DNA of 64,000 nucleotides from Deinococcota bacterium (GTDB lineage Bacteria; Deinococcota; Deinococci; Deinococcales; Thermaceae): NCBI GenBank assembly GCA_041695225.1, contig JBGFRI010000005.1, positions 37,272 to 101,271 of the forward strand, read 5' to 3'. Shown piece by piece: positions 53,518 to 62,721 of this stretch (position 1 is its first letter; each line of letters starts with the position of its first letter). The notes under the pieces were generated by a model. It saw only the letters and a program-made list of their open reading frames with translations, ran no database searches and was not told where the DNA came from. The position numbers and the translations under genes were made by a program.

Positions 53518-54338
53518 CCCGTACTAGCGCCCCCATCAACCCACCTTCAGCAGTCAGAACCCGGATCCTCTGGAACCGGGTTCTGTGGCTTGGCATCCTG
53601 GGCATTCTGGTCTGGGCCAGTTTTGGCACCGAGATCAGCCCCCAGCGTCTTTTGGATGGGCTGGAGCGTAGCTGGCTACTTATTGTGGGAGACCCCGCGC
53701 GCCCGGGCAGCGGCTTTTTCCCTCCCGACACCTCGCGCCTGGCCGAGTACGTGAACGAGATGATCATCACCGTCAAGATGGCCATCTGGGGCACCGCCCT
53801 GGCGCTGCCGCTGGCCCTGCCGCTGGCCATAATGGGCGCGGTGAACACCAGCCCGCACCCCCTGTTCTACCAGTTCTTCCGCCGGATTTCCGATTTTTTG
53901 CGGGGCCTCAACGAGTTTGTGCTGGCCTTGATTTTTGTAGCGGCGGTGGGGCTGGGGCCTTTTCCGGGGATTCTGGCCCTGGCCCTCTATACCGCCGGGG
54001 TGCTGGCCAAGCTCTTTTCCGAGGCCATCGAGGTGGTAGACCCCGGCCAGGTCGAAGCAGTGCGGGCCACCGGGGCCAACGGCCTGCAGGTCTTTACCCA
54101 CGGGGTCTGGCCGCAGGTTGTTCCTACCGTGATCTCCATGACCCTTTACCGTTTTGAGTCCAATGTGCGAGCCGCTACCGTGCTGGGCCTGGTGGGGGCT
54201 GGCGGGATTGGGCTCTTTCTGACCGAGGCCATGCGCTCCTTCAATTTCCAGGCCGCCACCACGGTAATCCTGGTAATCCTGGTAGCGGTAATTAGCGTGG
54301 ACTACCTGAGCGCCAAAATCCGGCAGCGCCTGACCTGA
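53514..54338 (+). CDS. phnE: Phosphonate ABC transporter permease (copy 2)
   Basis: GLGPFPGILAL, KLFSEAIEVVD, LYRFESNVRAATVLGLVGAGGIG. Confidence 0.92.
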   Translation: MTRTSAPINPPSAVRTRILWNRVLWLGILGILVWASFGTEISPQRLLDGLERSWLLIVGDPARPGSGFFPPDTSRLAEYVNEMIITVKMAIWGTALALPLALPLAIMGAVNTSPHPLFYQFFRRISDFLRGLNEFVLALIFVAAVGLGPFPGILALALYTAGVLAKLFSEAIEVVDPGQVEAVRATGANGLQVFTHGVWPQVVPTVISMTLYRFESNVRAATVLGLVGAGGIGLFLTEAMRSFNFQAATTVILVILVAVISVDYLSAKIRQRLT

Positions 54339-54339
54339 T

Positions 54340-55503
54340 ATGTGGCTTACCAATCTGCAAATTGTCCTTCCCGAGGGTGTAATCGAGACCGGCTCGTTAC
54401 GCCTCGAGGGTGAACTCATCGCCGAAGTCTTGGAGGGGGACGTGTCGGGCGGTCTGGACTGCGGTGGCCTGACCGCCATTCCCGGCATTGTGGATGTGCA
54501 TGGGGATATGCTCGAGCGCGAGCTGCAGCCCCGCCCCGGCAGCCATTTTCCCTTCGAGCTGGCCCTGCACGAACTCGACAAGCGCCTGGTCTCCAACGGC
54601 ATCACCACCGCCTACGCGGCCATCTCCTTTATCGAGGGCTGGAAGTACCGTGGCCCCGAGGAGGGCCTGGCCATCATCCACCAGATTCACCGCTACCGCC
54701 ATACCCTGCTGAGCGAGCTACGGGTACACGCCCGCTTCGAGGTGACCACCCCCAGCGCCGCGCCGATCCTGCGAGAAGCGGTAGGCCAGGGTGAGATACA
54801 CCTGGTCTCGCTGATGGACCACTCCCCCGGCCAGGGCCAGTTCCGTGACCTCGAGCAGTATGTGGCCTACTACCGCAAATGGATTGGGGCGAGCCCAGAA
54901 CAAGACGAACAGATCCGGGCCAGGGCCGCCAAACTACGGGATGCCCCTTCGGCCTGGCCCATCGCCCAGGAGGTCTGCGCGGTAGCCCAGGCCTCGGGGG
55001 TGCCGCTGGCCTCGCACGACGACGACACCGCCAAAAAGGTGGCTCTAATGTCCGGTCTGGGCGTTAGTATCAGCGAGTTTCCGGTTAGCCTCGAGGCCGC
55101 TGCCGAGGCCAAGCAGCGCGGTATGTGGGTGGTGATGGGCGCACCCAACGCCTTCCGGGGCGGCTCGCACTCGGGCAACCTGAGTGCTCTGGAAGGAATC
55201 CAGGCCGGTCTGGTAGACGGGCTGGCCGCCGACTACCACCCTTCCTCGCTGCTCCAGAGCGCCTTCAAGCTGGCTGCCGAGGGAGTGCTGCCCCTCGAGC
55301 GGGCCGTGGGGCTGGTCTCGCAGAACCCCGCAGCCATGACGGGCCTGCACGACCGGGGGCGGCTAGAAGCAGGGCTGCGAGCCGACCTTGCCCTGGTAGA
55401 AGTGGGCAGCTATGCCCGGGTTCGGGCCACCCTGCGGGCTGGCCGCCTGGTCTACAGCGACGGCGCCCTTGGGCTGCCCAGCCGGAATGTTCTGCCCGGT
55501 TAG
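54340..55503 (+). CDS. phnM: PhnM (copy 2)
   Basis: PGIVDVHGD, SLMDHSPGQGQF, ASHDDDT, MGAPN, DYHP. Confidence 0.9.
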   Translation: MWLTNLQIVLPEGVIETGSLRLEGELIAEVLEGDVSGGLDCGGLTAIPGIVDVHGDMLERELQPRPGSHFPFELALHELDKRLVSNGITTAYAAISFIEGWKYRGPEEGLAIIHQIHRYRHTLLSELRVHARFEVTTPSAAPILREAVGQGEIHLVSLMDHSPGQGQFRDLEQYVAYYRKWIGASPEQDEQIRARAAKLRDAPSAWPIAQEVCAVAQASGVPLASHDDDTAKKVALMSGLGVSISEFPVSLEAAAEAKQRGMWVVMGAPNAFRGGSHSGNLSALEGIQAGLVDGLAADYHPSSLLQSAFKLAAEGVLPLERAVGLVSQNPAAMTGLHDRGRLEAGLRADLALVEVGSYARVRATLRAGRLVYSDGALGLPSRNVLPG

Positions 55504-55591
55504 GGGTCTTTTGGGCCGCCCCAAACAATGCTTGCTAGAGGAAAAGTTGATAGTTTTCTGTGGCCTCTCCAAGAAGGGAGTACAGGCGCGT

Positions 55592-55728
55592 CGTCATTGC
55601 AGAAACCATAGATTAATCACCCTCGTCTTCGACCACTCCGTTGATTAATCCATACAGACCACGCCCTCGGTCAAGTTGCGTTTATGCCATCCTGGATTGC
55701 TTCGTCGGCTTGCAGCCTCCTCGCAATG
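55592..55728 (-). repeat. REP-like repeat block at the right end of the phn region
   Basis: 55690-55728 is the reverse complement of 47961-47999 (37/39 match); 55611-55653 is the 45-bp repeat. Confidence 0.8.
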
Positions 55729-55819
55729 CGAGTGGCTTAGAGCCTTTGACGCTATGTCCCTCCTCCTCTTTATTCTCTACCTCTATGCGAGGTTCTTCCT
55801 TTATATGACAAAGGAAGCT

Positions 55820-55891
55820 GATAGCCGATAGCTGAGCGCTCATAGCAAAAACCGCTTTTAGCTATCCGCTATAAGCTATGAACTATTAGCC
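55820..55891. repeat. Inverted sets of heptamer tandem repeats
   Basis: ATAGCCG-ATAGCTG...ATAGC then GCTATCC-GCTATAA-GCTATGA-ACTATTA. Confidence 0.55.
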
Positions 55892-55930
55892 ATCTGAGGG
55901 GCCTGCGGTCTCCCAGGGAAGGCCTCGAGC

Positions 55931-56386
55931 TTGCCAGCCGCTACACCTTGGGTAGACTTTAGCTGGATGGATATTCCCTTTCCGGTCTACCTGATTGGAC
56001 TGCGCGGCCTGCTAAACCTGGTTGCGCTGATCCTGATTGGGGTATCGCTGTTAGTCAACCTGCGGCTACTGGTGCAGGAGCCCAGACCCCAGCAGTTGCG
56101 CTTCTTTGGCTTCGTCACCAACTTGGTCATGATTGCGCTCATTTTCGAGCTGATAATTCGCACCCTATTTATGGGCGGGGTGATCTGGCTCAGCGCCCTT
56201 TATGGCCTCATGGTGGCAATGATCTTCTGGGCAGTAGGGGGCTTGAAACCCGAGGGCTGGCTGGTCAAAAGCCTGCGCAGGCCGCCTGAACGGGTCGGGC
56301 CTTATTTTTTCTGGGCCAGTTTTGTGAGCTTGCTGCTCTGGTGGCGGTATATCGAGACTGGAATTGTGCGGGCTACTGGCCCGTGA
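55931..56386 (+). CDS. Hypothetical membrane protein (start uncertain)
   Basis: About 4 hydrophobic segments. Confidence 0.6.
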   Translation: MPAATPWVDFSWMDIPFPVYLIGLRGLLNLVALILIGVSLLVNLRLLVQEPRPQQLRFFGFVTNLVMIALIFELIIRTLFMGGVIWLSALYGLMVAMIFWAVGGLKPEGWLVKSLRRPPERVGPYFFWASFVSLLLWWRYIETGIVRATGP

Positions 56387-57518
56387 GCCTCGAGTGAATG
56401 TCCAAAGCGATGCGCCGAGCAGCCCCTGGCTCGCCCATAGCGGCTTTTCCGGCGGCCCTGGCCTTCTGGCGCAACTCTTCTGAGGAAATAAATTCGCGCA
56501 CCCCCTTTGCGATAGCCTCGGGGTCTGGCTCGGTGAGCAGCAGGGCATCTCCCAGTAGCTGCTTCTGCCGCTGGGCAAAAGCAAGAGTGTACTGCGGCCC
56601 CCCAGTCGGGAAAGCCACCACCGGAACGCCGTAACCAGCGGCCTGCTCGGCTGCGGTTCCGCTGGTGGAGATGGCTGCCCGGGAGCCCAGCAAGACTGTC
56701 TTGAAGGCTTTCTGGGCCAGATGCACCACCGTTCCGTCGGGGTGAGTAAAAAGGTGGGTCAGACCCTCCTTGGCACCGGTATCCTCCAGACACCAGCCTT
56801 CCACCGCAGCCAGGGGCAGACCGGCCCAGGCCACCACTGGTGTCAGGCCCAGGGATTTTAGCTCTCGGCTGGCCTCGAGCATTATGGGCAGGCTCTGATA
56901 GGCGTCGCTGCGCGAACCCGGCAGCAGCAGCAAGTAAGGCGGTTCGACCCCGATGGGCACACCCTCAAGCGCATCCAGCATGGGGTTACCAAGGTACTCC
57001 GCGCCCGGCACCCCGTTACGCCGGAGCCAGTCGGCCCCTTCGGCCTCGCGGGGGTAAACCCCCACTGCCCGGCGCATCAGGAAGCGCTCGAGCGCACTGT
57101 AGGGCCGGCGAAAACTATCGCACTGCCAGACCCGTACCGAGACCAGGCACTGCATCTGAAACAGCGGAGGTTTGCCAAAGACACTACCCACCAGGATGCC
57201 GTAGATGTCGCCCACTACCAGGGTAGCCACGGCCCGGCGGGCGGCCCGCCGCACCGCCTTATACTGTGCCAGACTCATGGAGAGCCAGCCTGCTTTCAAG
57301 TCGTGCCAGAAAGCCGCTGGTCGGTCTAACACAAATCCGCCGGAAGGCAATTCCTTGCGCGGGCCCAGGGGCTCAACACCCGTGCTCCGATACGCAGTAC
57401 CCTTGCCAACCAGCGGTACCGCCTGCACCCCATAGCCCAGCGCCATCAGCTCCCTGGCCATGGCGGCCCCGATGATATCCTCGCCGTGCCCGTTGGATAT
57501 GATCACAATATTCTTCAT
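56373..57518 (-). CDS. Lipid-A-disaccharide-synthase-related (GT-B) protein
   Basis: ISNGHGEDIIG, VPLVGKG, LPSGGF, GNPMLD, LLPGSR, GTAAEQAAGYG. Confidence 0.82.
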   Translation of the reverse strand: MKNIVIISNGHGEDIIGAAMARELMALGYGVQAVPLVGKGTAYRSTGVEPLGPRKELPSGGFVLDRPAAFWHDLKAGWLSMSLAQYKAVRRAARRAVATLVVGDIYGILVGSVFGKPPLFQMQCLVSVRVWQCDSFRRPYSALERFLMRRAVGVYPREAEGADWLRRNGVPGAEYLGNPMLDALEGVPIGVEPPYLLLLPGSRSDAYQSLPIMLEASRELKSLGLTPVVAWAGLPLAAVEGWCLEDTGAKEGLTHLFTHPDGTVVHLAQKAFKTVLLGSRAAISTSGTAAEQAAGYGVPVVAFPTGGPQYTLAFAQRQKQLLGDALLLTEPDPEAIAKGVREFISSEELRQKARAAGKAAMGEPGAARRIALDIHSRLTGQ

Positions 57519-58543
57519 GATGCCTGGGTTAGCCTGACCAGTCGCTCTAATAACTCTAGCCCTGCACCCTGGTCCAACAGTTGCTGGGCAAGCTGCACCC
57601 CCTCGGCGATGCTCTCGGCCCTGCCCGCCAGGTAGAAAGCCGCGCCTGCGTTCAGCGCTACTGCGTCACGCTTGGCCCCCTGCTGCTGGCCGGCCAGGAT
57701 GGCCCGGGCCTCGAGTGCGTTCTGGGCAGCGGTGCCCCCGCCGACTGCTTCATAGGGAGCTGGCTGGAGTCCCACCATCTCCGGTGTAAGTGTGTAGGAT
57801 TTGACCTGGCCACCCCGCAATTCTGCCACCTGGTTCTGGCCAAGGACCAGTTCGTCTATGGCCTCGAGCCGCCCCCCACGCTCCATCTGCCCGTGCACCA
57901 CCAGGGCCCGTTCAGAGCCCAGGTTGTGCAGCACTCTAGCAAAAGGTTCCACCAGCCCCGGGCTGCTCACCCCCACCAGGTTAAGGGTGGCCAGGGCCGG
58001 GTTGGTGAGCGGCCCCAGCAGGTTAAAGACTGTACGCACCCCCAGCTCGGCCCGCACCGGGGCCACGTGGCGCATGGCCGGGTGGTGGTTGCGGGCAAAG
58101 AGGAAGCCCAGTCCGAGGGTTTCGATGGCCTCGGTTACTCTGGCAACTGGAAGGTCAATTTTGATGCCCAGAGCCTCGAGCAGATCAAACGAGCCCGACT
58201 TAGAAGAAGCCGCCCGGTTGCCGTGCTTGGCAACCGGCACGCCCCCCGCCGCGACCACGAAGCAGGTGGTAGTAGAGATGTTGAAGGCCTCGGGCGCAAC
58301 CCCGCCGGTGCCTACAATGTCCAGCAGCGGCTGACGGCTGGTCTTGACCCGCACGGCTGCCTCGCGCATCCCAGCGGCAAAACCGGTTATCTCCTCGAGG
58401 GTCTCGCCCCTGGTGCGCAGAGTCATCAAAACTCCCGCGGTCTGGATGGGGGTCAGGTCGCCACCCATTATGCGGTTCATCAGCGCCTGGGCCTCGGTTC
58501 GAGATAAGGTCTCGCCGGACAGGACCCTCCTCAGATCGTCCAT
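57515..58543 (-). CDS. trpD: Anthranilate phosphoribosyltransferase
   Basis: DIVGTGG, FNIST, AKHGNRAASSKSGS, HHPAMRH, RTVFNLLGPLTNP. Confidence 0.96.
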   Translation of the reverse strand: MDDLRRVLSGETLSRTEAQALMNRIMGGDLTPIQTAGVLMTLRTRGETLEEITGFAAGMREAAVRVKTSRQPLLDIVGTGGVAPEAFNISTTTCFVVAAGGVPVAKHGNRAASSKSGSFDLLEALGIKIDLPVARVTEAIETLGLGFLFARNHHPAMRHVAPVRAELGVRTVFNLLGPLTNPALATLNLVGVSSPGLVEPFARVLHNLGSERALVVHGQMERGGRLEAIDELVLGQNQVAELRGGQVKSYTLTPEMVGLQPAPYEAVGGGTAAQNALEARAILAGQQQGAKRDAVALNAGAAFYLAGRAESIAEGVQLAQQLLDQGAGLELLERLVRLTQAS

Positions 58544-59415
58544 TGTTCCTCCCGAATGGGCCGAATGGGCAGCCGCCAGCCGCTCAGGACCCCCCGCCAA
58601 AGCGCACCCACGCTGGCCCAGCGACGGCGCAGGCTGTACTCGAGCGTCCAGAACAGGGTGTAACCCGCCACCGCCAGGTACGAGTTGGGCGCGTGCTTGC
58701 GGAACAGGAGGGTGTTGTTAACAGCAAGTTGTTCGTCGGAGTTTAAACTCGACCCTTGCCAGGAAGTGCCCCCCTTGTGTAATACCCTAGACTGTGGCGC
58801 CACCACCAGCTTGAACCCGTTTTTCCTGATACGCAACCCCATATCAACGTCCTCACCATACATGAAAAAACCCTCATCAAGCAGCCCAACTCGCCTTAGA
58901 GCAGCCCTCCGCAGTAGCAGGCTGGCCCCGCTAATGAAGTTCAGGCGTCGAAATTGGTTTGGACTAGTCAACAGGCGGATCAAGCCCCAGCGCAGTACCG
59001 CCTCACCCCCACCCCAGGCCTGCACCTGTCCGGGTCTATCCATCTCGTAGAGCACCGAACCCACCGCCCCAATCTGGCTATCCTGTTTTGCTAAGCCCAC
59101 CATGTACCTGAGCGCAGCCGGGTCAGGCAGGGTATCGGGGTTGAGCAGCCAGATGTACTCGGCTCCCTCGTCCACAGCACGTCTTATGCCCACGTTGTTC
59201 CCGCCAGCAAAACCCAGATTGCGCTCGAGCTTCACCAGCTCCACCGCAGGAAAAGCCGCCCGAATCTGGGCTACCGAATCGTTTTCCGAAGCGTTGTCCA
59301 GCACCAGCACCCGGCAGTTGGCATACTCGAGCCTTTTTAGCGCCTCCAGGCAGGCCACGGTATCGCGCCAGGCCCGGTAGTTGAGTATCAGGATATACAC
59401 CAGGGGTTCACTCAA
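58531..59415 (-). CDS. GT2 glycosyltransferase (rhamnosyltransferase-like), TTG start
   Basis: LILNYRAW, DNASEN, NLGFAGGNNVG, LLNPD, LDEGFFMYGEDVD. Confidence 0.9.
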   Translation of the reverse strand: MSEPLVYILILNYRAWRDTVACLEALKRLEYANCRVLVLDNASENDSVAQIRAAFPAVELVKLERNLGFAGGNNVGIRRAVDEGAEYIWLLNPDTLPDPAALRYMVGLAKQDSQIGAVGSVLYEMDRPGQVQAWGGGEAVLRWGLIRLLTSPNQFRRLNFISGASLLLRRAALRRVGLLDEGFFMYGEDVDMGLRIRKNGFKLVVAPQSRVLHKGGTSWQGSSLNSDEQLAVNNTLLFRKHAPNSYLAVAGYTLFWTLEYSLRRRWASVGALWRGVLSGWRLPIRPIREEQWTI

Positions 59416-60302
59416 GGCGCACCTCGCCCTTCCAGCAAACCCTGGGTGTATGCAGCCTCGAGCAGGAAGCGATAATATGCAAACGCCTGCTCTCCTTGCT
59501 CCCAACCACGCTCTTGCAGCAGCCGCTCGGCCCTGGGCCAGCGATACGCCCAGCGCTTGAAGGCCAGCGAAACAGGATTCACACCCGTCCATAGGGCCAC
59601 CAGAAGACTCGGGTGCAAACGATAAAACTTCCAGGCCATGCGCCCCAGGCTGCGGGATTTGCGCATCATCCCTTCGAAATTCACCCGGTCTTCATGCCTA
59701 GCCCGCGCCATGGTTGCAAGGCGGGGACGGACTCCCTTCCTCCACAAGCGCAAACCCAACTCGTGGTCTTCCCATCCATACTCTGTAATCTCGGCAAACG
59801 GCGGGTCTGGAAGTCGTGAACGCTCTACCGACAGACTGGCAAACCAGAAACCGCCCCAACCAAGGGTCGCGCCATTGCTCTTGCCCCGAACTCCGGCTTC
59901 CGCTCGCTCTCGCCAGAACCGGGTAAAAGAGTCCTGGCCCAGCGTGTCTGGAATGTAGGTACGGCTCACCACAGCAGCGCCCGGATAGCGGCGATGCAAA
60001 GCGAGGTGGGCCAGCAAGAAACCCTCTTCAGGAATGATGTCATCGTCGTTGAACAGCACATACTGGCCCCTGCAGTAAGCTATCCCGGCGTTCCGGGCTG
60101 ACGCCGGCCCGGAGTTGTTTTGTCGAACAATCCGTAAGCGCAAATCACCGAACCGGGCTAGTTGCACCTGGGTGTCATCGGTAGAGCCATCGTCCACAAC
60201 GATAATCTCGAAACTCACCCCGTCTTGCGCCAAAAAGGCCGCCAGCGTCCGGGCCACCAGTTCGGCCCGGTTATGAGTGGGGATGACCACACTGATCTCC
60301 AT
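59412..60302 (-). CDS. GT2 glycosyltransferase
   Basis: VVIPTHNR, VDDGSTD, NSGPASARNAG, FNDDD, YGWEDHELG. Confidence 0.9.
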   Translation of the reverse strand: MEISVVIPTHNRAELVARTLAAFLAQDGVSFEIIVVDDGSTDDTQVQLARFGDLRLRIVRQNNSGPASARNAGIAYCRGQYVLFNDDDIIPEEGFLLAHLALHRRYPGAAVVSRTYIPDTLGQDSFTRFWRERAEAGVRGKSNGATLGWGGFWFASLSVERSRLPDPPFAEITEYGWEDHELGLRLWRKGVRPRLATMARARHEDRVNFEGMMRKSRSLGRMAWKFYRLHPSLLVALWTGVNPVSLAFKRWAYRWPRAERLLQERGWEQGEQAFAYYRFLLEAAYTQGLLEGRGAP

Positions 60303-60305
60303 AGG

Positions 60306-61124
60306 CTACCGTGTGCGCCTTGCCTCATAGGCTTCCCAAGCCCCCCAAGCGTAGGCTAGCTCGTAGTCGCCTCGGCGCCCAATCAATCCTTTCGCCCAGG
60401 GCAAAATTGCCAGCTTTAACCCTAGCAATACTGGATGTACACCCAGTTCGAACCCTAAAACCCAGTCGCGATGGTGCCTATACGCCTGCATAGCCTGCTG
60501 CCCTGCTGAACGGGCTCTGTTCATGTCAGATATAGGTGGGCTTCCAGCATGAATGGATTTTGCTTCAGGTAAATAGTAAAACTTCACCCCTACCTTGGCC
60601 AGGCGATAACCAAGCTCGATATCTTCTACTCCATAACCAGAAAACCCCTCCCAAAACCCTCCCACACAGTTAACAACGTCCAGAGGAACGCTGCTGTTTG
60701 CTCCGTTAAGTGCTGTCCAGTGTAAGCCACCAAGCCGGTAACTGAGGGCAGGTTTTTCTCCGTTTTCCCATTGCATAGCCCCAATGTATACCGCTGGTCT
60801 CGCTAGCTGGGCTTCCTGGAATAGTTTAAGGGTTTGTGGAGCTAGCCAAACATCATCATCGGAGAGGCAGAGGAATTTCCCTTGGGCCAAATTAATTCCC
60901 ACATTACGTGCTTTGGCGGGGCCTACACCCGGGGTTGCCGACCATCTTAGCCCAAAAGGAGGCTGGTAGTCCCGTAACCACTCCTGGGTACCGTCGGTAC
61001 AACCATCTGCGATTACGATAACTTCGAATTGGCTCGGGGGAAGCTGCTGGGCTTCAAGGCTCTGCATTTTGTGCTGCAGCAGACTCAGCCGGTTGTGGGT
61101 AGGAATGATCACGCTGATTTCCAT
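60306..61124 (-). CDS. GT2 glycosyltransferase
   Basis: VIIPTHNR, ADGCTDGT, GPAKARNVG, SDDD, YGVEDIELG. Confidence 0.9.
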   Translation of the reverse strand: MEISVIIPTHNRLSLLQHKMQSLEAQQLPPSQFEVIVIADGCTDGTQEWLRDYQPPFGLRWSATPGVGPAKARNVGINLAQGKFLCLSDDDVWLAPQTLKLFQEAQLARPAVYIGAMQWENGEKPALSYRLGGLHWTALNGANSSVPLDVVNCVGGFWEGFSGYGVEDIELGYRLAKVGVKFYYLPEAKSIHAGSPPISDMNRARSAGQQAMQAYRHHRDWVLGFELGVHPVLLGLKLAILPWAKGLIGRRGDYELAYAWGAWEAYEARRTR

Positions 61125-61128
61125 GGGG

Positions 61129-61959
61129 CTACCTTTTGCGGCCTGCCTCATAGGCTTCCCAGGCCCCCCAGCAGAAGGCCAGCTCGTACTCGCCCCTACT
61201 ACCCAGTAGCCATTTTAGACTGGGGAGTAGGGCCATCTTCACCGCCAGCAGGGTGGGGTTCACACCAAGCGCCCAGGCGATCCGGGGGTCGCCGTGCTTT
61301 TTCCAGACCTGCACGTGGGCTGCACCCGCCTGACGCGCTTTTTGCATGGCCCTGTCACGGTGCTCGAGGGCTTCGTGAACGGCCACCGCGTCCGGCACAA
61401 AGACCAGCCGCATCCCCGCCTTCATCAATCGGTAGCCCAGGTCGGAGTCCTCTCCGCCGTAGGCGCTAAAGGCCGAGTCATAGCCACCCACTTCGTCGAA
61501 CAGCTCTCTGGGCATAGAGGTGTTGTTGCCGGTCACGTGCCACCAATAAACTCTTGGCCCCCCCAGCTCGGCGGCCCCGGTTCCTCGCAGTTCGGGAGGG
61601 AGTTTCAAGCGCCCAACCGCAACTGACCGGGGCTGGGTATGGGCCTTCTGGTGTGCCTCGATCCAGCCTGGCAGAGGAATGACATCATCGTCGGAAAAGA
61701 GCAAAATATCGCCCCTGGCAGCCCTGGCCCCCTGGTTGCGGGCATTCGCCGCCCCGCTGCCCCGGCCATAGCCATCGGAGGTCTCCAGCACCTGCAAGCT
61801 GTAGTGTGGGTGGTAGTCATGTAAGAACTGTTGGGTACCGTCGGTGCAGCCATCAGCCACCACGATCACCTCAAACTCGCCCTGCTGGGCCTCTAAAGCG
61901 CGCAGCTTTTTCTCGAGCAGTTCGCGGCGGTTGTGGGTAGGAACAATTACCGAAATCAT
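61129..61959 (-). CDS. GT2 glycosyltransferase
   Basis: VIVPTHNR, ADGCTDGT, AANARNQG, SDDD, YGGEDSDLG. Confidence 0.9.
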   Translation of the reverse strand: MISVIVPTHNRRELLEKKLRALEAQQGEFEVIVVADGCTDGTQQFLHDYHPHYSLQVLETSDGYGRGSGAANARNQGARAARGDILLFSDDDVIPLPGWIEAHQKAHTQPRSVAVGRLKLPPELRGTGAAELGGPRVYWWHVTGNNTSMPRELFDEVGGYDSAFSAYGGEDSDLGYRLMKAGMRLVFVPDAVAVHEALEHRDRAMQKARQAGAAHVQVWKKHGDPRIAWALGVNPTLLAVKMALLPSLKWLLGSRGEYELAFCWGAWEAYEAGRKR

Positions 61960-62388
61960 GGCGCCTCCCAGTTGTCCAGGCGCAGACCTGCAATTCGCAC
62001 GAACTCTCGCTGGTTGCGGGAGACCAGTACCAGGTTACGGCTTTGCCGGAATCGCGTAAGCGACTCGCCTAAGGTCGTGGGCTCTGGCAGTCGCGGCGAT
62101 CCACAGGTCGTTAGGCCCTATCGGTGTGCCCTGGCGCTCGAGGTCGGCCCGAACCATGCCGTATACCTCGGCTACGGTAGTGTCTACTTCAAAAACCGGT
62201 ACTTCGCTGCGTAGAACCTCCAGGCGCCCCAGGTTGGCTTCGACCCGCTGGCTCTTTCTGGCGCCGTAGTACAGCTCGCCCAGACTGACGCTGCTAATTC
62301 CGATTTGCGGCTCGGATTGAACGCGCAGCACCAGCGCCAGAACGCCCTTCAGGTACCCAATCCAGACGCTGGTATCGAGCAGGTACAC
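61956..62388 (-). pseudogene. vapC: VapC PIN-domain toxin interrupted by a 40-nt insertion
   Basis: YLLDTSVWI, IGPNDLWIAATA; deleting 62032-62071 restores HDL-VLVSRNQREFVRIAGLRLDNWEAP-stop (130 aa). Confidence 0.88.
62032..62071 (-). mobile_element. 40-nt element, copy 2 (inside vapC)
   Basis: Exact reverse complement of 36390-36429. Confidence 0.88.
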
Positions 62389-62606
62389 TAAAGCCCCTCC
62401 CGTTCCTCGAAACTACCCTGCTCAGAACGTGTCAGGTCGCCCTCCCAGCTCCCAGCCAAGGCCATGAAGGCAGCCGAGCGTTCAGGTGTGACCTGGGCCT
62501 CGATCATCTCGCGCAGAAGCTCTGAAAGCTTGATACCTCTGGCTCTGGCCTTTTGCTTTAAGGCCCGGTAGGTGGATTCCTTAAGGTAAGTCTGAACCTG
62601 TGGCAT
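62388..62606 (-). CDS. vapB: VapB-like antitoxin (ribbon-helix-helix type)
   Basis: VQTYLKESTYRALKQKARARGIKLSELLREMI; stop overlaps the vapC start. Confidence 0.75.
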   Translation of the reverse strand: MPQVQTYLKESTYRALKQKARARGIKLSELLREMIEAQVTPERSAAFMALAGSWEGDLTRSEQGSFEEREGL

Positions 62607-62721
62607 AACTTATAGTATATATATTTATACTCGTGGTCTGGTAGCAAACTCTTTACCGTGGGCACTCCCCAATGCGCGGGCAGAAGAACAAGAGCCAAGT
62701 GTCAAGGGTCTAGGACCAAAG

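Noticed and set aside
53676-54608. Long antisense ORFs (e.g. 53676-54608, 57581-58507, 7906-8973, 39861-40547)
   Set aside because: They shadow well-supported genes in GC-rich DNA and carry no motifs.
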